DNA of 64,000 bases from Blasia pusilla (taxonomy: Eukaryota): positions 36,580,001 through 36,644,000 of the forward strand of contig CM114271.1 in NCBI GenBank assembly GCA_050084515.1, read 5' to 3'. The notes below the pieces were generated by a model that saw only the letters and a program-made list of their open reading frames with translations, ran no database searches and had not been told where the DNA came from. The position numbers were made by a program, and so were the translations under genes. Of the stretch, positions 36,230 to 47,819 are shown piece after piece. Positions within the stretch are counted from its first letter, which is position 1. Each line of letters begins with the position of its first letter.

Positions 36230-39200
36230 TGTCACATCTGACTAGTCGATAGGCCGAGATCTATTGTGGATAGGGCGTAGGAGCCAACGGACTATCTTAA
36301 GTGTAACTTTGTCCCATGGTGTCAGATGAGGTTGAGGATAGGTCCATTGTGTCAAGAACGTCGTTTCTGCAACTTTTCTGTTGAGGTCTTTCACAACCGG
36401 GTGACTTGTTGATCAAGTCACCCGCCCCTGATAACCTATGCGCGCAGGTTACCAGAAAGATAGCTATTTTTAGGGGAAGAGCCTTTTGGCTCTTCCCAAC
36501 CCTATAGAAGGGAGGAAGATGGCTTTCCCAAGCCATCTTTCTCATGTTGGGCCGTTGGAGCACCTCTCTTATATGTGTGTGAGATAGGACTAGGATGCTA
36601 GCGTCCGGATTCCTTGATAGCGCAGGGTGGACGAGGCTAGATATGCTGATGTAGATTGAGGAGTGGAGTTTTAGGCCAGGTATGCCGTTTTTACTACTCT
36701 TTATTTTTACATGAGAAAGATGTCAAGGGGTTGGTGGAAATTTGTTGTTTGCAGGTAGGCAAGCGAGTTGCCTCGGTGGGGAGCCTCTGGAGATGTGGGT
36801 GTCGTGTTTGTTAATTTTTTTTGGATTCAGGAGGCCGTGAAGCGGAAGCGCTGCCCGTTTTCACAGATTTCTTTGGTGCGGGTTGATGGGGGACAACACT
36901 CGGGTATAGCACGCGGTGTGGCGTCGAGTGTACGCAAGCGGGAGTGTCGGGAAAGAGCAGGAAGTAGTTGCAGCCACCTTGAGGAGTTCGGCTAGGCGAA
37001 GTTAGGTCGTAGCCGCCTAGGGCAGGACTAGGGTGGGCATGTTTTAGGGCGGAGTAGAGTCGCCGGCAAGCTAGGGTCGGGAGCGAGGATCGCCGTGGAC
37101 GGCGCCTCCCACCCAACGTGGTAACCAGGTAGGGCGTACGTGGTAGCGATGAAGGAGATGTGGTAGCGGTGCGGGCAACATGGTAGACGGGCTGACATGG
37201 TTGAGTTCAGACGGAGTTGAGTAAGGTTACGAGGCGCGTTTGGGGATGGGCGGAGAGGTTTGCGCGACGTGATGTTTTTCGGGCATGGCTGGGATTTATG
37301 AGGGTTATGATGGGGACACACACGCTGATGTTGATGGGAGGTTTGACATATGTGCGAGGAGATGGCTGTGCTACGGAGGTTGTCATGCCACACGTATGGA
37401 GTGGATATTGACGGTGCAGTGGTTGGTGGGCGTGATCAGGTTACCCATTCGAGTCCTTTTTCTCGCACTTATCTTCTGTGATTGAGAGTGTTGGGCATCG
37501 GGTAGTAGCTGGTGCTAGATGGATGCAGTGATGGTGATGAGTGTAGACTCTTTTCATGTGTAGCATGTTGGTGGATATACGGCGGTTGCCGAGTAGGGAT
37601 CGCATGTATGACCCGAGCGTGTCGGTAGGTTAGGTGAGTTAGTGGGAGGCTCATGGTGATCTTGAGTGTTGAGTATGCGTGAGGTTGGGTGTGTCATCAC
37701 GAGATTGAGGTTAGCATATGTGAGGTAGTGAGGAGTATGGGAGACTCTCGGTGAGTCTGAGTGCTTGAGCGGGTGAGACATGGTTGTCATCACGGCATTC
37801 TTCCAGGGTTCGGAAGAACGGGGTAGTGCAAGTAGTAGTAGTGGTGTGACACACAGTGGAGTGAGATACCGAGGGGTTACGAGTGAGGAGCTATCGCGAC
37901 ATCCATCCGTGGCTGGATCGTCATCACTAGACATCGGGTCTGATGACGAGATCGAAGATGGAGGCAGTGTCACTTGGCAGGAGATGGATGACATGGGCCA
38001 TCGGTACATGCGTCATTTTTTGGGTGTAGTGGGCACCATCGACTTAGATGGCGGGGTCTGTATCTCCTGGAAGTCACACCACGCGTCAAACTCCTGGATA
38101 AAATCATCTAAGTCGATGGTGCCCATTTTTTGGGTGTAGTGGGCACCATCGACTTAGATGATTTTATCCAGGAGTTTGACGCGTGGTGCGACTTCTAGGA
38201 GACACAGACCCCGACACGGTTCAACCCTTTCATGGCATGGAAGGGGTTGTTCCAACACTTGGAGGGTCCTCCGATGGATGATTACATGGAGTTTCAATCA
38301 CTATATTCAGTAGAGATTGATGCTTGGAGGATGTATTGGGCTCCAAGGTATGTGTCCACTAGTGGTCGCGAGGCATATGATGGGATTGTGAGAGGAGAGA
38401 GACCCACACTATCAGCCCGGAGACTAGATGGAGAGGAGGGCAGTGAGACAAGCAATGTGGCACAGACCTCTGGTGGTAGAGGGCCACCCAGCTTCAGTCC
38501 CACAATGGAGTTCTTTCGACAGTTGGGGAAGAGCTACCAGGGCGTACACACCTACAAGGTGAAGAGTCTGGAGGATTTTTAGCGATGATCAGGTGAAAGT
38601 CTGAGAGAGGCGTTCACACGCATGAGGAGGCTGATCATTGCTACATATGGAGTGACTGAGGTACAGGCAGTCCAGTATTGGTACAGGGTTTTGGACCGAG
38701 AACTACGGAGGAGAGTCCGAGATACGGTGCTGATACACACAGCGAAGCCCAAATTGAAGGTGGTCTTTAAGTTGTCTGAGCGTATTGAGCTCAACATGAG
38801 TGAGGAGCACGTAGTGACCGTTGGATTTTCTGGAGAGTCGACGGGTCCACGAGCGACGGTGATCCCACAGGTGCCACAACGAGCACCAGTACCACAGGAG
38901 CGGGCCAGTGTGCCCAAAGAGCAGGCCGGATACCGTGAGCCTATGAGGCAACAACCCGTACCTACATATGTTGCCCAGCAGGGACCGATGTTGTCTTGTT
39001 GAATGTATGGAGGAGCCCATAGGCAAAGAGATTGCACACAACATGGGAGAGGACCACAAGCGCCTCCGATTGCTCAGGAGCCACAGAGGATGGCCCCACC
39101 ATAGTACCAATGTGACTATTGCCACCGATATGGTCACACTAGGGATAGATGTTTTGACCTTCGTCGAGAGGCACGTCTAGAGGTAGGCTGAAGGCTTGGG

Positions 39201-42200
39201 GGCGGTCGTTCTTCCTAGACGTGGTGGTAGAGGACCACCACCAACTAGAGGAGATGAAGCAAGAGCACCAGAGCCGTCACTTCTCTCACGCATCGATTAG
39301 TTGGAGTAGAGGATTGCTTCTATGATGATGATGCAGCTCAGGGAAGGCACGGAGCCGCGAGCAGCTAGTGTGGCTCCAGCTTCTACCTCTTACCTTGACG
39401 CGAGTGAGGATCTCGCTAGTATGGGCTTTATGTGTAGTGCAACTCAAGTTGAGGCGGCTGCAGTGGTGACTCGGGGTGCTGCAAGAGACACCGAGCCATC
39501 GAGAGGTGGAGTTGAGATTGACCCACCAGAGGGGACCGATGGGCGGCAAGCTAGGGTTCCACAGTCATTCACATTGTCGGAGGCACTACACACACCATCG
39601 ATGGTGCCTCGACGACCAGCGGTGCCTACAGCTCATGCAGGTATGTCGACGTCACAAGGAGTTGGAGTGACAACTCCTCTGCCGGCTCGACTGGAGTCCG
39701 TGTCGACCATAGTGTTGGAGGTGGCCACCAGAGTACGTGAGTAAGACTCCGCTATTTTCCGCCATAGAATTGGCGACATTGGGAGTTGGACCAACTGAGG
39801 TGTTCCGGCTGACCGCCACGTTGTTTGAGCATGGAGAGATGACTTCTTCTTGTTCAGAGGTAGTTGAGGAAGGGGTGGACTTGCCCTCAGAGCCGGTGCT
39901 CAGGACGTCCTCCACAGAGTCATGGCATGCGACGACGGCAAAGTTGGTAGATATGCCAGCTCGACCGGCCATAGAGCGAGCAGTGGTGACACTTGGAGTA
40001 GTGTTATTGGATTACCGAGCTAGAGTATTTCGCTTGGTTAGTCTGACGGGGACAGTATACCACCCGCAGCGCGTCCTACTTGATTCGGGAGCGCAGCCCT
40101 TGATGTTAGGGAAGGCGGCGTGTTTAGTGTTGGGGTTATGGAAAGCTGACATTGAGACTTATCCCTTCTAGATACAGACCTTGATTGGAGATGTCACCCA
40201 CGTAGTGTATGACTCGATAGGAGATAGTTGTTAGAGTCCAACTAGAGCATGCAACGGATAGTGCTATGGTGCGCACACGTGCGATTACAATACTAGCTGA
40301 GCCATACGATGTGTTGGTGGGTAGTACAGTATTATATCCCCTAGGATTCATCCTTGACTTCTGGGAGGAGACCGTTGCTTATCGGCCAGGGTTGCTGTCA
40401 GGTGACGAACGGATGAGTCAGTTACCTGTGCAATTTGCGGGACCAGGTGGTCGAGCACGAGATGAGTTTGTGACCACATTGGCAGCTTTCACAAGTAGTG
40501 TTAGCTGGCCAGGAGAGTTGTTGGAGGGGAACGCACATGCGGAGGATGTCCCAGTAGCAGATAGTCCCACGGAGAGATAGGCCATGGTGGCTGTCTCTTC
40601 CTATGTTGGCGAGACCTCTTCACCATTGTGGGGTATGACTCGAGAGCTACAGAGGAGTGCCGACGACCTCGTGAGGCACGCGTGGAGTCATGCCTTTATC
40701 CCGGAGCAACGAGAGTTAGTTGGCGATCGGGCTCCTGGGGTGGAGACGTTGACCCCACTGGATACCACAGCCATTGTGTGGCAGTGTCTTGAGGAGGGTG
40801 TTAGGGTGTTAGATCTCTTTGGGGGGATTAGCATCGGATTGGCTGTAGTATTGCAGGCAGGCATACGGGTGCATCAGTACCTTTATGTGGAGAGAGATGA
40901 GACTGCGTGGCGAGTATCATTACTTCACGTAGCGAGATTGGTCCAGAGGTATCCTGAGTTGTTGTTGGTATCTGCAATACGGGGATATCATCATACACTA
41001 CCTGCCGACATCTCTTTGGTGGGGGCGCAGGATCTGGATAGAGTTGGCACCATTCATTTGGTGATTGCTGGAGGGCCATGTTAGGGTCATTCATCAGTTG
41101 GCCGAGGGTTTGGATTGCAGGATCCAAGGTCATGGATGTTTTGGGAGATGCTGCGAGTAGTACGACACTTGCAAGAGAGTCAGAGATGCTCTCCGGCCTA
41201 CATTTTGGAGAACGTGCCATTGTTCGGAGACACTCATGCATGTGTGATGACGAGTGTGCATCAGATGAGGTCTTGGTTGGGACTTGCTGTGTTGTTAGAT
41301 GCAACGAGAGTTGGATCACGCGCCCATCGTCCATGATTGTGGTGGACAAACTTGATATCATCAGAGGTACTGAGTCGAGCATACGATGGAGTCCAGAGAG
41401 CACCACATCTCACAGTGGATGCTATTTTGGGCTCAGGGCATCGATCTTAGATGGTGATGCGGGATGATAGACCACCATTGGCGATGGCCAATAGGGTGGG
41501 GGAGTTGAGGACATCCTTACCTACGCTGCTAAGCTTCCCAGCATCCCATGCCTTTTGTCAGGGAGGGCCATGCATGATTTGGGATGAGGTGAACCGAGCA
41601 TTGGAGGAGCCTATAGCAGATGAGCGCGAGCGCACTATGGGGTTTGCTACAGGTACTACAGTGGTGCCAAGGATGACTGAGGCATCTCGGAGACAGGTGT
41701 TGGGCTAGGCAATGAACCTCAAGTGTCTCACATGGATAGTTAGCCTAGGTATGGCTAAGCAAAGATGGATGCGAGTCAGAGTGGAGTGACTATTGCAAAG
41801 GTGGCTAGGGTTGCTACATAGCAACCAAAGCCGGAGGTTGCGTCCTCTCCAAGCGAGGTCACGATGGAGACTTGGGAGCCTATGATAGGTCTCAAGTTGA
41901 TAGGAGGAGAGCGACGGCAAGTTCATAGGTTTTTGAGAGGGCATGTCAGTTGTTTTTCCTTCAATATGAGAGACTTGGGTATGCTGAAGGTCCCGGGATA
42001 TGGATTGACTTGGCTAGTGATACGCCGATCTTTCTTCGCCGATCTTTCTTCTTGGAGGGAGCCTTGATTCAGAGCAGGAGTCACGACTTGTTGGAGGCAC
42101 GACTTGTGGAGTTATCATATGGGGAGTATGCATTTTCCACAATCATGCCAGCGAAGAAGGATGTGTATGGCAATTGGACGGATAGGCAGATGTGTGGAGA

Positions 42201-44960
42201 TTACCGTCCTATCAACCGATAGACGAGGTCAGATCGGTACGCCATGCCTACTCCTGAGGAGATCTTTGATGCGGTAGGGCATGCAAAGATCTTAAGTACT
42301 TTAGATCTCCGTGTTGGCTATCATCAACTTCCTATCAGGTTGGAGGAAATGGAGAAGACAGCATTCTAGGGGATAGATCGGTTCGGGAGAGATAGCTTGT
42401 ATGAGTGGCGGTTCTTACCATTTGGATTGAAGAATGCGCCTGTAGAGTTTCAGAGAGTGATGGATAGGATTCTGGCTAGCTTGGATTTTGTACGATGTTA
42501 CATAGATGATATTCTTATCTTCAATTCCACCGTTAAGGAGCATGAGCGACACCTGGAGGAGGTGTTTTGGCGATTGCAGTTACATGGATTGAAGTTACAT
42601 CCAAGCAAGTGCCGATTCTTTCAGGAGCAGATTGAGTACTTGGGACACACCATATATCCGAGTGGGTTAGGCATTCAACACATAAAGGTGGAGGCCATTG
42701 CGCAGATTCCATGCCCTACAGATGTAAGTCGAGTCCGAGCGTTTCTTGGACTGACCAACTTCTATGGATGATATGTCAAGGGTTTTAGTGCGATCGCAAA
42801 GTCTTTGACCTTGTTGGCGAGACTTGATCAGGTTTGGTTGTGGGGAGATGATCAGGAGCAAGCATTTCAAGAGATCAAGGACATGTTGACGTCCTCACCC
42901 ATTTGACAGAGACCGGTTAGGGATCGCCTATTCCAGCTACATACGGATTTGAGCATGTTGGGTTTAGGAGCAGTGCTTACTCAGAGGGATGACGAGGAGA
43001 GGGAGTTTGTTGTGGCTTACACGAGCCGATCAAACAAGATTGCAGAGGCAAAGTACAGCTCTTACGAGGGAGAGTGCTTGGCTGTAGTGTGGGTTGTGGC
43101 ACATTTCAGGTGCTATTTATTCGGCAACGCTTTCACACTTATCACTGATCATCAACCGTTGAGGTGGTTGATGGAGTCCGACAAGCTTACGGGAAAGTTT
43201 TCCAAGTGAGCTCTATTACTACAGGAGTATGAGTTTGAGATGGTTCATAGGCCAGGTTGGCTGAACCAGGATGCGGATGGGTTGAGTCGTAACCCATGTC
43301 CGAGTCAGAGAGACAACACACGAGCTCGATGGCACGGAGAGAGTGATGAGGAGATGGTGCCTGGTTGGCATGCATTTGCCTATCCTTGTTGGTTGACTAT
43401 GGTAGGTCAGCCACAGGTGATGACTCCACTAGTGGGGTTGGATGATGAATCTTTGGATCCAGAGGTCAGTGAGAAGGCGACAGGTGGTCGTGATATCCAT
43501 GACGACGTGGAGGTTGTGGAGTTCTTGAGCATTGGCGTCATATCAAGCATAGTGAGTGCTAGGGAGCAGAATCAAATCCTACAGCGAGCCAGGAGGTTCA
43601 AGTGGGAGGGGACTCACATTTTGCGGGTATGGGGAGATGGTAGGATACGAATGGTACCTCATCCTTCCCACCGAGCACGTGTAGTGCAACATGCCCATGA
43701 GGAGTTGGGGTATTTTTGAGTAAAGCGTACTTACAGTTTACTCCAGGTTTAGTGTTGGTGGCGCGGCATGCATACTTGGGTACAGCAGTTTCTAGCCAAA
43801 TGTATGGTATGTCACAGAGTGCGAGCATCCTTCAATACTCCCACTCTGCAGTTACATCCTTTGCCGATTATGGGTTTAGGTTATCGGTGGAGTTTAGACT
43901 TTGTGGGACCTTTACCATTGACAAAGCATCATCACATGTACGTGTTGGTCATGGTGGAGCATTTCTCCAAGTGGATAGAGTTGGTGGCACTACCGGACAA
44001 GGCAAGCGAGGGAATTGCTTATGCATTTCTAGATCGTGTGCTTGGTCACTTTGGTGCATCGGTAGAGGTGTTGACTGACCAGGGTACCAAGTTCAGTGGA
44101 GAGTTTCAGGCCTTGTATGATCAGGCGCTGATAGATCACCGCACCATGTTCAGAGATCATCCTGAGGCGCATGGGTTGGCGGAGAGAGTAGTACAGATGG
44201 TGAAGAGAGGATTGCGCAAGTATGGCTTGCAGCGGGGACAGTTGAGGGTGTGGGAGCTACAGTTGCCATGGTTGGCTATGGCTATAGCTATCGCTTTAGT
44301 CGGCAGGCATCCTTGGCGTCATTTTCATCGTAATTTTTGCTCTTTGGGAGAGATCCAGATTTACCAGCAGCTATTTGACGTGACATGGCCGAGGTGTTAG
44401 ATTATTGATGATCCAGATGTGTGGGTACAAGTGTGTTCTCAGAGGATGGAGATTTTTTGTAGAGTTATGGCAACTCTACCACGAATAGCACGCCTACTTC
44501 AATGTATCTCTATGATGAGCAATAGCTAAGTTCTCGGAGGCCATAGGTTCTGTTAGAGCTATTTGACGTGACATGGCCGAGAACTTAGCTATTGCTTAGC
44601 ATAGAGATACATTGAAGTAGGCGACCATTCGTGGAAGAGGTTATCGTCCAAGGATTATGAGGTTTCATCCTAGAGATTATGTGTATTTACAGCAGGCAGC
44701 ATCCACGATGCAAGATGTCATTGTAGGGTGCACCATCCTACATGTGCGCGAGGTATTACCGACCGGAGACCTCATGTTGGAGGGACGGGATGGTATAGTT
44801 TGGAAGGATCATGTGCGCAATTTTGTGTCATGTTATCTTCCAAATGTAGATGGGACAATGGATCCAAGTACATGCAGGCTTGAGGTGTATGTTGTCCAAA
44901 TTTGCAAGGGGTGCAGCCACCATGTTGGTATGTGATGGTTGTTCTCGAGGGTGGCATATA
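36230..44960 (+). mobile_element. DNMT-Gypsy element (subfamily 3), 3'-truncated within the PHD finger
   Basis: Probable start TGTCAC at 36230. Gag from about 37770, PR RVLLDSGAQPLM at 40070-40105, DNMT 40800-41720, RT YIDD about 42500, RNase H, integrase 43768-44400, PHD remnant about 44885-44960. Confidence 0.85.
40800..41720 (+). pseudogene. DNMT3-like methyltransferase domain (subfamily 3)
   Basis: VRVLDLFGGIS, YVERD, IAGGPC*G (CAG>TAG), DPRSWMFWEM, YILENV, AHRP*LWWTNL, ERERTMGF, VLG*AMN. Confidence 0.87.
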
Positions 44961-45400
44961 AACAACACCGACACATGGCTCACATGTCCATCACCTGATC
45001 ACCACCCTGACCGATAAGAAACCGTCTCCTCCCAAAAATCCAGAATGAAACCAAGGGGATACAACACTGTACTCCCTACCAACACATCATACGACTCTGA
45101 CGGTGTCGTAATCGCCCAAGTGCACACCATCGCACTATCCCTCTCATGCTCTGGCTGGAGTCTAACCACCAACTCCTGTCGAGTCATGTACTGCATGGAT
45201 GATACGCCCCAAATAGAGGTCTGTATCTAAAAGGGAAAATGCTAAATGTTGCCTTTCCGTAAACCCAACGCCAAATACGCCGCCTTCCCTAACATCAAGG
45301 ACTGCGCTCATCAAGTAGGACGCGCTGCGAGTGGTACACTGTACTTATAGGACTAACCAAGCGAAACACTCTTGTTCGGTTATACAACAACACCACACAT
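44961..45400 (-). pseudogene. Inverted fragment of the protease region of another DNMT-Gypsy family member
   Basis: ESYDVLVGSTVLYPLGFILDFWEETVSYRSGW is homologous to, but not identical with, 40266-40400. Confidence 0.8.
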
Positions 45401-45823
45401 GGGTTTGGCATGTGGTTAGATCCCATAGTTTATGATCAATAAAGAAGTTTTTGATCCTAAAATTTCATAGAGAATAGTTGATCTAGTCAAAACTCTCTAC
45501 CATTATGATTGGCATCGATTTAGACTACATAGAAATAGAAAAATATCAATCTTTAAGGATTTGAAAATTGAACTTGAAATTTTGTTCAAGTTCAATTTTC
45601 AAATCTTTAAAGATTGATATTGCAAGGTTGAGAGTCTTGCAATATCAATATTTTTCTCTGTAACCTTTCTCTGCAGAAATTGTCTTGCAAGATTGCAAGA
45701 CTCTCAATTACTCTCTAGTTAAAGATTGATATTGCAAGATTCTCAATCAGAAATTGCAAGGTTACACAAAAAAATTTGTGGCCGAGGACTTATGTCCCTC
45801 CTAGAAAGGGACATGTACGTGTG

Positions 45824-46844
45824 TGTCGCGACCCTCATAACCAAAGAAACACCAAATAGGCACCAAGCTGAACATCAGAACTCTAGTGGACTCGCGCTAC
45901 GATGATCGTGCTTTGGAGAGGCTTTTGGAAAGGTCTCTTGGAAAATTCCAAGAGACAAAATACGGAACAGAGTTGTGTGTTTCATGCATTTGTGGTCACA
46001 ACCAAGAAACCTACACCAAACGTGAACCAAGATTTGAGATAAGTTGAGTCTTGGAAGGTTGGTTGCCAAAGAGGTGAGAACCAATTTTGGAATACGATTA
46101 GCGTTTGGAGATTTTGACTGTGTTTTGGACCATAACATTTGGTTCCAAGATGTGTTTGGGAAAAGTAAGGGTGTGTTGGAAATCTTATCCTAAGACACTT
46201 CCAACACACTAAAGATTTTAGAAAATTCATAAGTATAGGCTGAGATATTGGCCAAGAATGACAACGAGAGCAATCGGGTTGAGGGCCAATCTGAGGGGCC
46301 CGATTGTCTTTCCCTAAAGTTAGGGGGAGGGCGGGGATCCGCAGAAGTACTAGTAAGGGGGAGTCTCTCCAAGGAGTCTTGGAACACGAACCCCACTTTG
46401 AGCACCAAACGGCGTCTCAAGGGCACGGGATGGAATAGGAGTTTGGCGTTGGAACTCGAAACCCAAACCTGATCCAAGGGAGTGGACTTTGTAAGCCATA
46501 CTTGGATTCCAACCCGCGATTCTTTATCGTGACTCACGGCTAGGGACTCATTGGATGTCCATTGGACAGTTGGAACCGCAAGGCATTGAAACACCATTTG
46601 AGGTTCTTGAACCGACCAGAAAGTCTATCTCAACTATTCAAAGACTTGCCTGTGTTGTAAACCGTGAAACTATGAAGGATGAGAGGCCGAGCCGAGAACT
46701 CGGCAAGTTAGAACCGTTGGTTGATCCAGACTCGACAGACGTGAGTGCATGTTTGGATGGAGATCAGCGTTGAGAGCATATACTACTGAACGCACGCTTC
46801 CGCAACAACAAAGATTAACGTTCAAGGAGAGTAGGCGCACGAAA
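45824..46844 (+). mobile_element. Solo LTR (1021 bp) related to the chromovirus LTR, 5-bp TSD GTGTG
   Basis: Starts TGTCGCGACCCTCAT and ends TTCAAGGAGAGTAGG..CGAAA, like 27566-28566. GTGTG at 45819-45823 and 46845-46849. Confidence 0.88.
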
Positions 46845-47819
46845 GTGTGGGCTCGTATTCCCATGGCCCACACCGAGGGGCCTACCCTGCATGCAACGTA
46901 GACTTGGGCTTATGCAACCCACACTCACTTAAGCAATCCATTGCCCATTCTTGCCACCCGTTCTTTGGCCCGCACCAAGCCCACAAAGGCCCGCATCAAG
47001 CCCATCCGTGGCCCGCATCGAGCCCAAACAAGGCTCGCATGGATAGCCCGCCCTCTACGGGCCTACCATAGGCCCTACGCGGGCCAGTGCAGGCGTGGTA
47101 GGATCAATGAAGGCATCGCAAGGGCTCATAGCCTGCATACCCGTTCGTTCCTTGCCCGTACTTGTTCTCGCGTCTCGAGCTGCGCGGGCAAAGGAGATAC
47201 CAGAAAACCTGGATGAGGGACTTATTAGGAAAGTTTGTTTCTGTGTAACCTTGATAAATTGTCAATCTCTAACACAAAATTCCATAACTTCTATCCATGT
47301 TGGATGAAAATTTGACCATAATTTAGGATTTTCTTACTTCGTTGAAATTAAAGGTTTCAATGAAGAAAATGATTGGGCATTATCTTGATGTTTCCTACTT
47401 TGGCACCCATATATGAATTGATTTTTAAAATTTTGACATAATAAAATAAGAAAATATGAAAATTATTCAATTACCTTATTTGAGAATACACAACTAATTT
47501 AAGCATTTGAAAATGAATAAATAATATCTATTTTTTAATATTTTTAACTCCTAATCTATGAAAAAAATTGATGATAGGCTCTTAGAATATCAACACAATG
47601 GTAGGCCATTAGCGTTCAGGTTATCTATCAAATGATACCTCTAATATGGAAAGTAAAAAGAGATAAAAGGATGGTGGACAAGACTGCTCCCAAGTGTGAA
47701 GATGTGCTTCATACATAGTCTTGTTTTATCTTTTTCAACTAGTGATATAATTATCTCTGTTTCAAACTTACTAGTAGTAACCCATGGGATGCACGGGATA
47801 TTTCAAACTTACTAGTAGC

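Noticed and set aside
36600-36735. Self-priming pair in subfamily 3 (CCGGATTCCTTGA versus TCAAGGGGTTGG)
   Set aside because: Only partial pairing that needs G:U pairs and a gap. The repeat boundary cannot be fixed without a 3' copy.
46850-47220. GC-rich GGCCC-repeat segment as a defined MITE or Helitron
   Set aside because: I could not identify termini or a TSD.
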